A stretch of DNA of 54,093 nucleotides. It comes from a virus. Taxonomy: Duplodnaviria; Caudoviricetes. Location: positions 1 to 54,093 of the IMG/VR virus record IMGVR_UViG_3300032301_000602. One strand, written 5' to 3'. Shown in pieces: positions 36,390 through 45,450 of this stretch. Position 1 is the stretch's first letter; each line of letters starts with the position of its first letter. The translations under genes and the position numbers were made by a program. Below the pieces are notes generated by a model that did no database searches, was not told the DNA's origin, and worked only from the letters and a program-made list of their open reading frames with translations.

Positions 36390-37385
36390 ATGAGTAAACA
36401 TTTCGCACCGCTTAAAAACAGAAACACGGTTAACACGTTTTTCAATATCCATATTGTTAAAAAGGGCCTTACTGATCGCTATAGCTTTCTCTATCGGAAG
36501 GCTGGGTTTGGTAATCCAGAGGGCCATGAGTTTCGATTGTGGTGCAGGAGCCAGTATTGCGAAGAAATGCGTCAGGACAGGTTTATGGGATTGGTTCGCA
36601 AGCTATCGGCCCGTTGCCAAAACCACAGGTTTCAGAAGGTTAACAGGGTTAAGTTCTCTACAGCTTCAGGACCAATTAAGAACAGGTATAAGATAGCCCG
36701 TAACAAGGCCATTACTTGGAGTCTATACGAGGATATTCGCAAAGCTTGGATTGCTATGCATCCAGAGGGGACACAGAAGAGGGGGATGGGTATACAGTTT
36801 ATTCACTTCATAGAGTCTTGGATTCGGGATTTTAAGGTCTACCATGAGCATGATGGGTTTATGGGGGATATACAGAGAGAGATTAATAAACTACAAAAGG
36901 TAGAGGAGTTAGAACTGGATAATTTTGCTTCGGCCTTTTGGTCGGATGCGACAGTAACCGATGGCAACAAGATCTGTTACGAGAACTACCGCAAGGGTCT
37001 TGGCAGGAAACAATCTCGCAGGGCATACCACCTATTGATGGACATTTATAAGAGATACTATGGAGACAGACTTGTTAGTCCAGACGCCCGTAGACGCCAC
37101 TCTCAGAGAAGGCGCACATTAAAGTCTGCTAAAAAGGACTCTAGGGTTCGCACAAAGATCCTTGCAATCAATGCTGGGCCATGTAAATGCTATTGGTGTG
37201 GGATTTCTTTGCCTCAAGGTGGACACGCTGACCATGTTGTGCCATTGTCCAAGGGTGGTAGCCACACTTGTGATAACATAGTAGCCGCCTGCAAGATATG
37301 CAACGAGACCAAGAAAGACACGATGCCCGACTCCAAGGATCTTCCGATTCACATGGAGTTACAGCTACCCTTAATCCACAACTGA
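36390..37385 (+). CDS. HNH endonuclease with long N-terminal extension
   Basis: CYWCG..HADHVVPLSKGGSHTCDNIVAACKICNETK. Confidence 0.85.
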   Translation: MSKHFAPLKNRNTVNTFFNIHIVKKGLTDRYSFLYRKAGFGNPEGHEFRLWCRSQYCEEMRQDRFMGLVRKLSARCQNHRFQKVNRVKFSTASGPIKNRYKIARNKAITWSLYEDIRKAWIAMHPEGTQKRGMGIQFIHFIESWIRDFKVYHEHDGFMGDIQREINKLQKVEELELDNFASAFWSDATVTDGNKICYENYRKGLGRKQSRRAYHLLMDIYKRYYGDRLVSPDARRRHSQRRRTLKSAKKDSRVRTKILAINAGPCKCYWCGISLPQGGHADHVVPLSKGGSHTCDNIVAACKICNETKKDTMPDSKDLPIHMELQLPLIHN

Positions 37386-37827
37386 AGGACGGTGCTAGGT
37401 ATCAACGTAAGTATTACTCTAAGAACAAGTCTAGGGTTAAGGCTAGGGTTCGGGCTTGGAGGGAAGCTAACAGGGAGAAGTACAATGCCTATATGAGGGA
37501 TCTTCGCAATAAGAGGCGCAAAGAGTAGGATTAGCTGCTTTCCCCTGTTGATTTCTGTCTTCCAAATTTTTGTAGTAAAACGTAAACGAGAGAATGCGTT
37601 ATCACGGGCTCCGTTTGTAACCTTCCTGCTACCTTAAACCTGCCTTGTGACTTATGAACTTGTCACAAAATGTAGCGAGATTTTGGCATTAATCGGGTCA
37701 CTATGTCCGGTTAGGTGTCCGCACAGCCCATTGGGCCACTACTCTATGATAAGCCGTTATCCACCACAAAACCCCGACTTTACATAACCACGCTTGAACT
37801 ATTGTCCCTAAACTATGCGTTGGGCGG

Positions 37828-38367
37828 TTATTCCGCGCTGGCCAGCTTCTGGAACCCTACCACGGCTACCCCGTCTTTCTCATGGGGGGACTTGCCTTCG
37901 GGGAAGTGGAGGTCGAATCGTCCTGTCAGGGGTTTGCCGAACTTACGGATAGCCTGCTTGTCCTGCATCGTCCTATCCTCCCACCGTCTTTCCATGGTTG
38001 TTCCGTCTGATAGGGTGATTAGGACTTTGTCCTTGGGTTTGATTCCGGCTTCTTTGAACTGCTTTTCGATGTCTGGGCTTATGGCCATACCCTGTGGGGA
38101 TATCTTGCCGAAGCTTCCTATCCAGTTGCGGCTATTGGTATCGGTATAGGGGTCTCCCTTCCAGTTGTAACTTGTGATCTTTCCAAGAGGCTCTCTGGGT
38201 TCGGGGTTTGGGGGGGTTCTGCTCTTAGAGATGGTGATGCTGGGCTCAGAAGGGGGTTGTGGGGCGGTTTCGGGGAACTGGGGGGACGGAGGGGCTGGTT
38301 CGTCAAAAAACCCGTCTAGGGCCTGTTTCAGCCTTTCCCCCACCCTTGCGATAATGCCTTGTTCCAT
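37828..38367 (-). CDS. 3D/RlpA-like double-psi-barrel protein (possible peptidoglycan-lytic)
   Basis: Pro-rich linker then KITSY..MAISPD..DKVLI..WEDR..RFDLHF. Confidence 0.5.
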   Translation of the reverse strand: MEQGIIARVGERLKQALDGFFDEPAPPSPQFPETAPQPPSEPSITISKSRTPPNPEPREPLGKITSYNWKGDPYTDTNSRNWIGSFGKISPQGMAISPDIEKQFKEAGIKPKDKVLITLSDGTTMERRWEDRTMQDKQAIRKFGKPLTGRFDLHFPEGKSPHEKDGVAVVGFQKLASAE

Positions 38368-38452
38368 AGCAACCTTATACCATAAATATGTCTACGTTGT
38401 AAACATGTCTAGGGGGATGTGTATATATTTCGGGGTTTTATCGACACGTTGC

Positions 38453-38725
38453 TTATTCGTCCTGTAGGAATACTGGGGTCTGGTCTCCGACAAAGGCTCC
38501 TGCGATGTTGTAGTCGAAATATTCAATTGCCTCTTCTCTGTCCATACCCTGACGCATTAAGTTCTTTATTGTTTTCTTGTACGAGTAAATTGCTACCGCA
38601 TGGGAGAACTGTCGGCCTATACCTAGAAATGCTGACTCTAGCCCGTCTGCTAGAAGTACTGTTTCGTCTTCTCCTAGCTGTTTGCCTATCTCTTGGTCTA
38701 TTAGTTCGTGACCTGTGGGTTTCAT
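38453..38725 (-). CDS. Conserved phage hypothetical protein
   Basis: LLADGLESAFLG..EEAIEYFDYNIAGAFVG..TPVFL. Confidence 0.7.
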   Translation of the reverse strand: MKPTGHELIDQEIGKQLGEDETVLLADGLESAFLGIGRQFSHAVAIYSYKKTIKNLMRQGMDREEAIEYFDYNIAGAFVGDQTPVFLQDE

Positions 38726-39054
38726 TAGGTTTCGGGGTCTGGGGTCAAGGGGCCCAAGATGATGGGTTGCGGGAGCAGGAAGGGCCTTTGGGAGGACTTT
38801 CTGCTGGTGGGCTTGCGTTGATACCCCACAATGCACAAGTTGCCATCTACGGGGTTGTAGATGGGAATGAGGTGGCCTTTAGCTAGTAGCTTTTGTAGTT
38901 TGGGCATATTGTTTCGGGGTTTGGGGGTGTGCTTGGCTACGTTGCGGTCTTGCTTTATTCCTATTTGTTTTGCTTTCATAAATGAAATCGTAGTTGTCCC
39001 GATACTTCGGGCCATTCACTTTCCTTGCTTTGCTTCCTTTGCCTGCCATAAAAT

Positions 39055-39528
39055 TTATTTGCTGATGGTGTGCTTGACTAGTGCGCCCCCCATGGGGATA
39101 AATCCATTCTCCCTGACAATCTTTCCCCCATTGATCGTCTTCTGGGTTTCGGTGAACTCTCGGCGTATCTCCGCCTTACTTAGGTTTGCTATTAGCAATA
39201 CATCATCATCTACCAAATAGAGGAATCCATAGAGGGGAACGCAGAATTGCTCTGCCATTTTCAACCCCGACTCCAACTTCTCCCAAGTAACCAACCACTC
39301 GTTGTGGAACTTGTGGCGGAAATCTTGAAGGGTTATGTTGTAACGACACTTGGTTTCGGCCAGACCAATGATCTCCTCCCCCCTTGTGAGAATAGCATCC
39401 ACCTTGGCGGGACTATCTTTCGGGGTTTGGAGGTAGAAGTGGTCCTCTTTACGATTGAACCAACGCGCAACAATCTGCTCGTCTTGCAAGCTAACTTGCC
39501 CCTTGGGAGTGGCGATGTCTAGGCTCAT
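39055..39528 (-). CDS. PD-(D/E)XK nuclease-like protein
   Basis: KVDAIL..LAETKCR..LVTWEK. Confidence 0.6.
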   Translation of the reverse strand: MSLDIATPKGQVSLQDEQIVARWFNRKEDHFYLQTPKDSPAKVDAILTRGEEIIGLAETKCRYNITLQDFRHKFHNEWLVTWEKLESGLKMAEQFCVPLYGFLYLVDDDVLLIANLSKAEIRREFTETQKTINGGKIVRENGFIPMGGALVKHTISK

Positions 39529-39534
39529 AGAAGT

Positions 39535-39563
39535 ATAGACCCTTGGTTCGCGCTTTCGTTCAA
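39535..39563 (-). promoter_or_regulatory. TTGAAC-N17-GTCTAT promoter, leaderless
   Basis: ATG 39528 lies 6 nt after GTCTAT. Confidence 0.7.
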
Positions 39564-39566
39564 ACT

Positions 39567-40174
39567 TTATTTGAGTAAGCGGTTGAGCTTCCTGAAGCGA
39601 AGGAAACAGAAGACAAAGGCAAAGCCAATATTAGCCGCTACTCCGTAGCCCACCAAATTAAGAAATGTTTCTACGATAATCATTTAGGTAGCAGGTGTGT
39701 GTTGCAAGCCATCCATACCATGGCCTTGGTGTCGTTGCCACAGTCCTTGGCCCAGAGGATGGTGTCACTAACCACCCCCCATTCTTGGAGTAGGTTCATT
39801 ACAGCAAGTTCGTCTTCATGGCGGTTGGCTATCCAGTTCTCTAGCTTATTCTTCATCGTGGTCCAAATATGTCTTTGATAAACTTCAGAGAAACCACCAG
39901 AATAATTAGCCAGAATATGCAGGCCGTAAGATTGTCTACCACTTCTGTAGCATAACCACCATACCGATGGTGACTAATGTCCAAATGATTAGGGAGAATC
40001 CAACAGCCATAACGTAGGTGCAGAGTTTCATTGTCTTGCGATTATTAAAAATCCGATGTTAGCTATTGAGTAGCCTCCAAAGGCGATAGCCATGGGGGTA
40101 TTCCCCTTGATGTAAAAATCAACTGAGGTTGCAATATAGCAAACCGTACAGATGGCTATGCCGATGAAGCCCAA
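39567..40174 (-). other. Array of micro-ORFs: 39567-39683, 39680-39856, 39853-39942, 39936-40031, 40028-40174; four are hydrophobic
   Basis: Hand-translated, overlap-coupled, below the ORF-track cut-off. Confidence 0.55.
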
Positions 40175-40180
40175 TTTATT

Positions 40181-40411
40181 TTACCATTCGGGGTCTTCGT
40201 TGACCTCTTGCTTTTTGTTTTTCGGAACGTAGGGGGCTCCGAACTTCAGGCTCAGATACTTAACCCCTTTCTGGCTAGTCTGCTGCCAGATTGAGACTTC
40301 GTAGTCTTTGCCCCCGATAGTGGCGGGACCGCTGTACTTCGGGGCCTTGGGGTTGTCTGATTCACGGGCAAACGCCGCTCCGCTGTTGTCTTTCTTTTCG
40401 TTGATGCTCAT
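40181..40411 (-). CDS. Small ssDNA-binding-like (DUF736-like) protein
   Basis: NSGA.F..PKAPKYSG..IGGKDYEVSIW..KGVKYLSLK, acidic/aromatic tail EDPEW. Confidence 0.6.
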   Translation of the reverse strand: MSINEKKDNSGAAFARESDNPKAPKYSGPATIGGKDYEVSIWQQTSQKGVKYLSLKFGAPYVPKNKKQEVNEDPEW

Positions 40412-40722
40412 TTACTTTTCGCTTTCTTTTTTGTTAATGAAGGCCGCTTGGTTTGTTTACTTCGACCAGCCTTCTTAGCCGAAGCAAAATTCTTTTTAAG
40501 GGCGCGGTTTACCGCCATAGCTACCCTTGGGGTAATAGCGGCCTCGGGATGCTCACACCCAATAAATGCCCACACATAGTAAGCTGCTTCTTCGGACAAA
40601 TAGAGAGGGGTGTATTTTTTCCCATTGTAGAAGTAGAAACAGTAGGTGGATGTTTTAAGGTCCTTGTAGAAGGCGACTTGCCCAACCTCACCAACCCTTG
40701 CATCGTAAACAAAGGGCTTCAT
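40408..40722 (-). CDS. Hypothetical protein
   Basis: 104 aa, basic tail. Confidence 0.55.
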   Translation of the reverse strand: MKPFVYDARVGEVGQVAFYKDLKTSTYCFYFYNGKKYTPLYLSEEAAYYVWAFIGCEHPEAAITPRVAMAVNRALKKNFASAKKAGRSKQTKRPSLTKKKAKSK

Positions 40723-40952
40723 TGGGGTTTCTCTTCGTCTGCTTGGGAGCGAAGTGTGGCCACAGCCTCTTCCATGGACTCAAGGGTCATCAAGATGTCA
40801 ACCTTGTTGTTTTCTTCTCCCGCGCTAATCATTACTACATGGTCGCTGGAGCCCATGAGAAAGGTGTAGTCAGATGCTTCAAGGGCTTTGTTTACCCGTT
40901 CCGTCATCGCTTCGTTAACTTTTGTTTCGTTAGGTTGCTCTTGTTCGCTCAT
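40719..40952 (-). CDS. Hypothetical acidic protein starting MSEQEQPNET
   Basis: 77 aa. Confidence 0.6.
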   Translation of the reverse strand: MSEQEQPNETKVNEAMTERVNKALEASDYTFLMGSSDHVVMISAGEENNKVDILMTLESMEEAVATLRSQADEEKPQ

Positions 40953-40975
40953 ACAGTCGATCTATTGAAGTTGTT

Positions 40976-41194
40976 CTAAACTTTTTTGGGTGAGGCGGAA
41001 ATAAGCTCGGGCAGCTTTTCTTCTTTGTTAAAGTGAAGTAGATTGTCAGCGATCTTTAAAGACAGAATCGCTAAGGTGTCTAGGTTCCATCCCTTTTCGG
41101 AATTTTGAGAAGCAAGGAGACCACTCATTGCCTGAGATGCAATCTGAAGTCTGGTGCTAAGTGGGGTTTCGTTAGGTTGTTCTTGTTCGCTCAT
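40976..41194 (-). CDS. Hypothetical protein starting MSEQEQPNET
   Basis: RLQIASQAMSGLLAS..SLKIADNLL. Confidence 0.6.
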   Translation of the reverse strand: MSEQEQPNETPLSTRLQIASQAMSGLLASQNSEKGWNLDTLAILSLKIADNLLHFNKEEKLPELISASPKKV

Positions 41195-41205
41195 AAAATT
41201 AGTGG

Positions 41206-41235
41206 ATGGACCGGAAACGGACAAAGGTTGTTCCC
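41206..41235 (-). promoter_or_regulatory. GAAC-N18-GTC promoter variant
   Basis: GGGAAC-N18-GTCCAT, 11 nt before ATG 41194. Confidence 0.45.
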
Positions 41236-41415
41236 CCGATGTAAGTAAAGTCAAGCGGCACAGGTTCCTTGTCAACCCTCCAAAGAAAGAAAGTCAAACC
41301 CTCACCAACCCTTTCTTGGGTGATGTATCCTTCTTCTTGGTTCTCAAAGTGGGAGTACTCCTTCCAATTTGAGATACCCTCAAGGACTTTGGTCATTCCA
41401 CTGCTCATGGTTAAT

Positions 41416-41450
41416 ATAGACAAGTAACCCGCCGATTCGTTCAATGTCAA
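41416..41450 (-). promoter_or_regulatory. TTGAAC-N17-GTCTAT promoter nested with TTGACA
   Basis: TTGAAC at 41444-41439, GTCTAT at 41421-41416, ATG 41408 7 nt later. Confidence 0.65.
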
Positions 41451-41890
41451 GAGTAAATAACTCTAACATCCGCCTCATCAAGCATTTGCAGCGCAGCCTT
41501 AAACGACTCGCTCCAGCGATCATTAGATGAGTGGCAAAGAAACGGGCAGTACACATCCTTAATCCCGCTCTGAATAATAGCCGCCGCACACTGGCTACAG
41601 GGCTGGAAGGGCCAGACAAAGATCGAATATCCATTGAGTGGCTCCTTGGCCGAGAGGATGGCGTTGAGTTCGGCGTGGATGGTGCGAAGCAGCTTGGTAT
41701 CGCGATTTGCGATAGCATAGGGATTGTCCTCTATCCCACGAGGGAACCCGTTGAATCCTACAGAGCAAATGGTGCGGTCTGGTCGGACAATAACAGCACC
41801 AACTTTGGTCCCGAGATCCTTACTCCAGCTTGCAATTTCTTTAGTTAAGGCCAAAAATCTGGCCTGCCACTTCATTTCCATCATCTTCAT
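41447..41890 (-). CDS. dCMP deaminase
   Basis: SKD..TKVGAVIV..GFNGFPRG..IHAELNAIL..PCSQCA..IIQSGIK. Confidence 0.92.
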   Translation of the reverse strand: MKMMEMKWQARFLALTKEIASWSKDLGTKVGAVIVRPDRTICSVGFNGFPRGIEDNPYAIANRDTKLLRTIHAELNAILSAKEPLNGYSIFVWPFQPCSQCAAAIIQSGIKDVYCPFLCHSSNDRWSESFKAALQMLDEADVRVIYS

Positions 41891-42090
41891 CGTCTCCGTT
41901 TATTTGTTTAAGAATGGCGTTGCCCATAACAACCTTCATTTTTTTATCGTACTCGTCCTTTGACCTCCACATCTTTACTTCGGATAGAAGCATCGACAGG
42001 CACAAAAGCGGGGGCTCCCCATCGTAAATAGCGTAATCTTTAAGACATTCGTGGATGGCAGCAAGTTCCATGCATGAAGGACAGTTAGTA

Positions 42091-42663
42091 TTACTCATAG
42101 AATAGCTTGATAAGTTTGTCTGGGGGGAACAGTGCTGTTTTAAGGGGGATGATTTTTTCGGGCATCCTTGTCCAGATGTAGGTTGTTTCATAGGTCTTCT
42201 TACACCACTTGCGATTCTTGAGGGTCCAGTGGTATCCTAGTATATAGGCGTTGGCCATTTGGGCGTAGGCCTTTAGGTTTACTGGCAACTTGTTGCGAGC
42301 AATTTTCCTCACGCTCCTTCGTTCACAATCCCACTCCAGTTCAATGACGCTGCGGATATGGTTTTCAATATGGTCCACCCGCTTGCCCTCTAGCCAATGG
42401 TCGAGTTTTCTAAGGGCCTCCTCCTTGTGATCGTGCCAAGTGGGTCTCTGCAATTGTTGGTCGAGGTGGCATGTCTCATGGACAAACACATCCACCCAAG
42501 TGGAGGGAGGGCGTTTGGTAGCAATCCGTAGTTCGCAATCATTGGCCCATCCCACAGAGGTGGCCTTGCCCGTAATCAAATACTTCTGAGGAACAAAGGT
42601 CAGCTTAAACTGACGGTAGCGCAGAATGGCTCTCCCGAGAAAATTGATGGTGGCTTGGTCCAT
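42091..42663 (-). CDS. HExxH (zincin-like) protein
   Basis: VFVHETCHLDQ..ELEWDCE. Confidence 0.55.
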   Translation of the reverse strand: MDQATINFLGRAILRYRQFKLTFVPQKYLITGKATSVGWANDCELRIATKRPPSTWVDVFVHETCHLDQQLQRPTWHDHKEEALRKLDHWLEGKRVDHIENHIRSVIELEWDCERRSVRKIARNKLPVNLKAYAQMANAYILGYHWTLKNRKWCKKTYETTYIWTRMPEKIIPLKTALFPPDKLIKLFYE

Positions 42664-42833
42664 TAGTCTTCATCTTCGACATCAACTTCTTTAATCTGTT
42701 CAAACAATCTGCGGATAGGGTTGTCTTGATAGCCAGCGGTATCTTCGGGGAAACTCATCAAGAATCCCGTATCATCGTATCTTACTTTAAGATCAGCATC
42801 GAAGTCCCACTGGTTCATGGCGGAACAACTCTA

Positions 42834-43727
42834 TCAGCGTCTCCTCTTCCCCGCGAGTTTTTTCTTGGTGAGTTTCGATTGTGACATCGCCTTCACCTTC
42901 TTGACGGGCTCAGTGCCCCAGCCAGTGACAAGTCCTGATAACTTCTTTGCGTTTTGGGCGAACCACTTGGAGTCAGCGAGGAACATTTTGACCGTAGGGT
43001 GATACTTCTTCATCCGCTTTAGTTTGGTAATGCTTTTTTTGTCCATCCATCCCTTGACTTCGTGGTAAACAACATCTCCATTATTTTCGATCACTTTGAA
43101 GTCTGGCAGATAAGAGCAAACTCCGCGCCTTATTCCATCAAACCAAAATGTTTCTGGCTCATGCTGCCATGATTGAATGGCCCCATTGGCGCGTAGCCAA
43201 TCCAAGTAGTAGGCGTAGTTAGACTCCCAAAGGCTGCGAGCAAAAATCTCTTGGTCTCCTATTTGGTGCCATCCGTTCTTACAGCGGGAATATCCTCCAT
43301 AGTGGCTAAATCTATTGCGAATTGTCATTGTTCTTTTCTTTGTTGATCCCAAGGTTGCACACGATGTTGAGCAAAACCTTCTTTTATTTGCCATGGACGG
43401 TATCACGCCAAATTCTTTATGGCAATATTCACAGTTAAGTTTTGCTTTGGGTGCCTCAACCCTTGGACACTTTAGCAAGATTTTTTCGGATGTGTATTTG
43501 CCGCAACAGTTTCTAGAACAGAAAATCCCGCGAGGCGACTTGGTGGTTATCGGAAAAACCTTGCAACACCTTTTGCATGTTCCGTTCCCGCGATCTTTGC
43601 GGTTGTTATCCTTTAGTCGCTCCTTGTCATTGTATGCACATCGATGGGAGCAGTAGACCCTGTTCTTGGTGCCCTTGAATTCCCTGCCGCACTGTTTGCA
43701 CTTGTGATTAAAAGATATACATTTCAT
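42834..43727 (-). CDS. PD-(D/E)XK endonuclease with repeated CxxC..CSxxC zinc fingers (homing-type)
   Basis: Three C2-C2 repeats; RSLWE..YLPDF..HEVKGW. Confidence 0.75.
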   Translation of the reverse strand: MKCISFNHKCKQCGREFKGTKNRVYCSHRCAYNDKERLKDNNRKDRGNGTCKRCCKVFPITTKSPRGIFCSRNCCGKYTSEKILLKCPRVEAPKAKLNCEYCHKEFGVIPSMANKRRFCSTSCATLGSTKKRTMTIRNRFSHYGGYSRCKNGWHQIGDQEIFARSLWESNYAYYLDWLRANGAIQSWQHEPETFWFDGIRRGVCSYLPDFKVIENNGDVVYHEVKGWMDKKSITKLKRMKKYHPTVKMFLADSKWFAQNAKKLSGLVTGWGTEPVKKVKAMSQSKLTKKKLAGKRRR

Positions 43728-44011
43728 TATGCCTCACATTTTACAGTATAGGAGACAATCAAACAAGTATTATCTTTTATGTTTCGGGGTCGAAGACGAA
43801 TACGAGCTTCGGCCTTAGATTTTCGGTGTCCCATACCCGCTTGCCCGTCCAAGAATCGGTGCCATTGCCAGCAATCCGTTTGCAGGTGTATCCCTTGGTT
43901 TGCCCTACCAACCTCCATCCATCTTTTTTGTGAATCGGGATTAACGTCAATTCTTTCATAGACTCCTTTTCTTACCTCCACATAGCCTGCCGGAATAGCT
44001 GTTCCCATTGG

Positions 44012-44410
44012 CTATCCATTGTTCAACTTCTTATCCGCCCAAGCTTTGATGGCGTGGATAAAGTCTAGGCTGGGTTCCTGCACAATGGAGTCCAACCAGT
44101 CTTGGATGGTAACCGAGATCTCCTCAATGGATTCCTTGTAGTAGTTGCGCTCACGCTCCGCTTTTTGCAAATCTTCAGCCAGTCCAGCATTGGCTTCTCG
44201 CAAGTTTTCGATATCCCTTGGCAACATCCCTGTGGGCAGTCCGTCAGCGAGCTTGTCGGCATAGGTTTGCAATTCGTGCAACTTTGCCATCATTGCGTTG
44301 GCTTCTAGGCGGTAGCGTTCTGCTTTTTCCCGCGCCTCGTCGCGCTCTGCCACGGCTTTGGAAAGCGCGTGGTGCAGTTGTTCGTTTGTAAAGCAGTCGG
44401 AATAGGTCAT
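44012..44410 (-). CDS. Coiled-coil hypothetical protein
   Basis: AERDEARE/ERERN repeats. Confidence 0.55.
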   Translation of the reverse strand: MTYSDCFTNEQLHHALSKAVAERDEAREKAERYRLEANAMMAKLHELQTYADKLADGLPTGMLPRDIENLREANAGLAEDLQKAERERNYYKESIEEISVTIQDWLDSIVQEPSLDFIHAIKAWADKKLNNG

Positions 44411-44652
44411 TTCGCGGCCTCCAGCCAAGGATCGTCAAGGACGGCTTCCTCCAGCCGCGCCAAGATACCCACCACATTCCCCTCCAACGGGTGATCAAGA
44501 CAAACTTGTTTGAGTCGAGTGTAAAACCACTGTGCCAGCTTACGCGCTTCATCGCGTTCACGTTCCGCCTTCTCCAGCAGGGCTTCGTAAATCCCGTTAG
44601 TAAGTGGGGGATTTACAGATGTTCGTATGGAACCAACAATCATGGTACTCAC
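44407..44652 (-). CDS. Coiled-coil hypothetical protein
   Basis: ERERDEARK. Confidence 0.5.
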   Translation of the reverse strand: MSTMIVGSIRTSVNPPLTNGIYEALLEKAERERDEARKLAQWFYTRLKQVCLDHPLEGNVVGILARLEEAVLDDPWLEAAK

Positions 44653-44960
44653 TTGATGATCCCTTCTTGACGGGCAGTGGCATCGATCTGGCTCACATAC
44701 TCCCTAGTGCAATTGAATTGCTCGGCAATAACGGTGAGGTTCATTTCGGGGTTGGCTATGATATAGCCAAGAATTTTAAAAGATCTGCCCCCATTGGACA
44801 AACGCCTCTTGGTGGTTTGTTTCCGTTTGGCCCGAATCCCGATCTTTCGCAATGCTGCCGCCATGGCAGGATAGTTGGCATTGTGCTTGTCGGCCAGTTC
44901 ACCAATGGTGATTTCGGGGTTTTGTTGGACTTCGGCTGGTAGGATAGTTGTATCAATCAT
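44649..44960 (-). CDS. Double HTH protein; C-terminal HTH resembles sigma region 4.2
   Basis: ITIGELADKH..; MNLTVIAEQFNCTREYVSQI. Confidence 0.55.
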   Translation of the reverse strand: MIDTTILPAEVQQNPEITIGELADKHNANYPAMAAALRKIGIRAKRKQTTKRRLSNGGRSFKILGYIIANPEMNLTVIAEQFNCTREYVSQIDATARQEGIIK

Positions 44961-45004
44961 AGGGTGTATATTGACCAACAAACCTAACTCGCGTTCAATC
45001 TTCG

Positions 45005-45274
45005 TCAACTCTTCTTTTGGCGCGGTCTCCTTGGGGGTCGCGCTTTCTTTTTCTGCTCCCTGTGGAAAAGTTTGTGGCAGACCTTGCATAGGCAGATCAG
45101 GTCATCAAGGTGGTTTAGCTCGTCCCCCTTATGCTCGTAGGTTCGGTGGTGGGCTTGAAGTTCTAGGGGGCTATTGCATACCCCACACCTCCAGCCGTAG
45201 CGTTTCTTGACTAGTCGGCTTACCTCCTTCCAGTAGGGGGTTTTCAAGTAGGCCCTGTAAGATTCTTTATCCAC
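45005..45274 (-). CDS. Small HNH endonuclease
   Basis: YLKTPYW..CGVC..LQAHHRTY..DLICLCKVCH. Confidence 0.8.
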   Translation of the reverse strand: MDKESYRAYLKTPYWKEVSRLVKKRYGWRCGVCNSPLELQAHHRTYEHKGDELNHLDDLICLCKVCHKLFHREQKKKARPPRRPRQKKS

Positions 45275-45294
45275 TAAACAATTTTACTCTCTTG

Positions 45295-45323
45295 TTGACA
45301 CTCTGCAACACTGGCGTTACTCT
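45295..45323 (+). promoter_or_regulatory. Sigma70 promoter of RNA1
   Basis: TTGACA-N17-TACTCT. Confidence 0.7.
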
Positions 45324-45329
45324 GTGACG

Positions 45330-45410
45330 ATCCTTGTATCTGGGTGCGGTTCCATTTTGTTGCGGCTGTCTTCCAGACCTCGCTTCGGAGCCGCACCCTC
45401 TTTCTTTTCT
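45330..45410 (+). ncRNA. Candidate small RNA (RNA1): 12-bp stem, 33-nt loop, U-rich tail
   Basis: GGGTGCGGTTCC(45342-53)/GGAGCCGCACCC(45387-98) followed by TCTTTCTTTTCT. Confidence 0.55.
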
Positions 45411-45450
45411 TGACTTAATTTTGAACGTATCGTAGCCTGCGATTGTCTGG
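45410..45450 (+). promoter_or_regulatory. Nested promoters of RNA2
   Basis: TTGACT-N17-TAGCCT (45410-38) and TTGAAC-N18-GTCTGG (45421-50). Confidence 0.55.

Noticed and set aside
37298-37528. Basic ORF after the HNH gene (YQRKYY..WREANREKYNAY)
   Set aside because: Resembles an HNH N-terminal fragment but has no convincing start; remnant versus small gene cannot be decided.
37645-37668. CRP-like site TGTGA..TCACA
   Set aside because: Spacer is 12 nt rather than 6; single occurrence.
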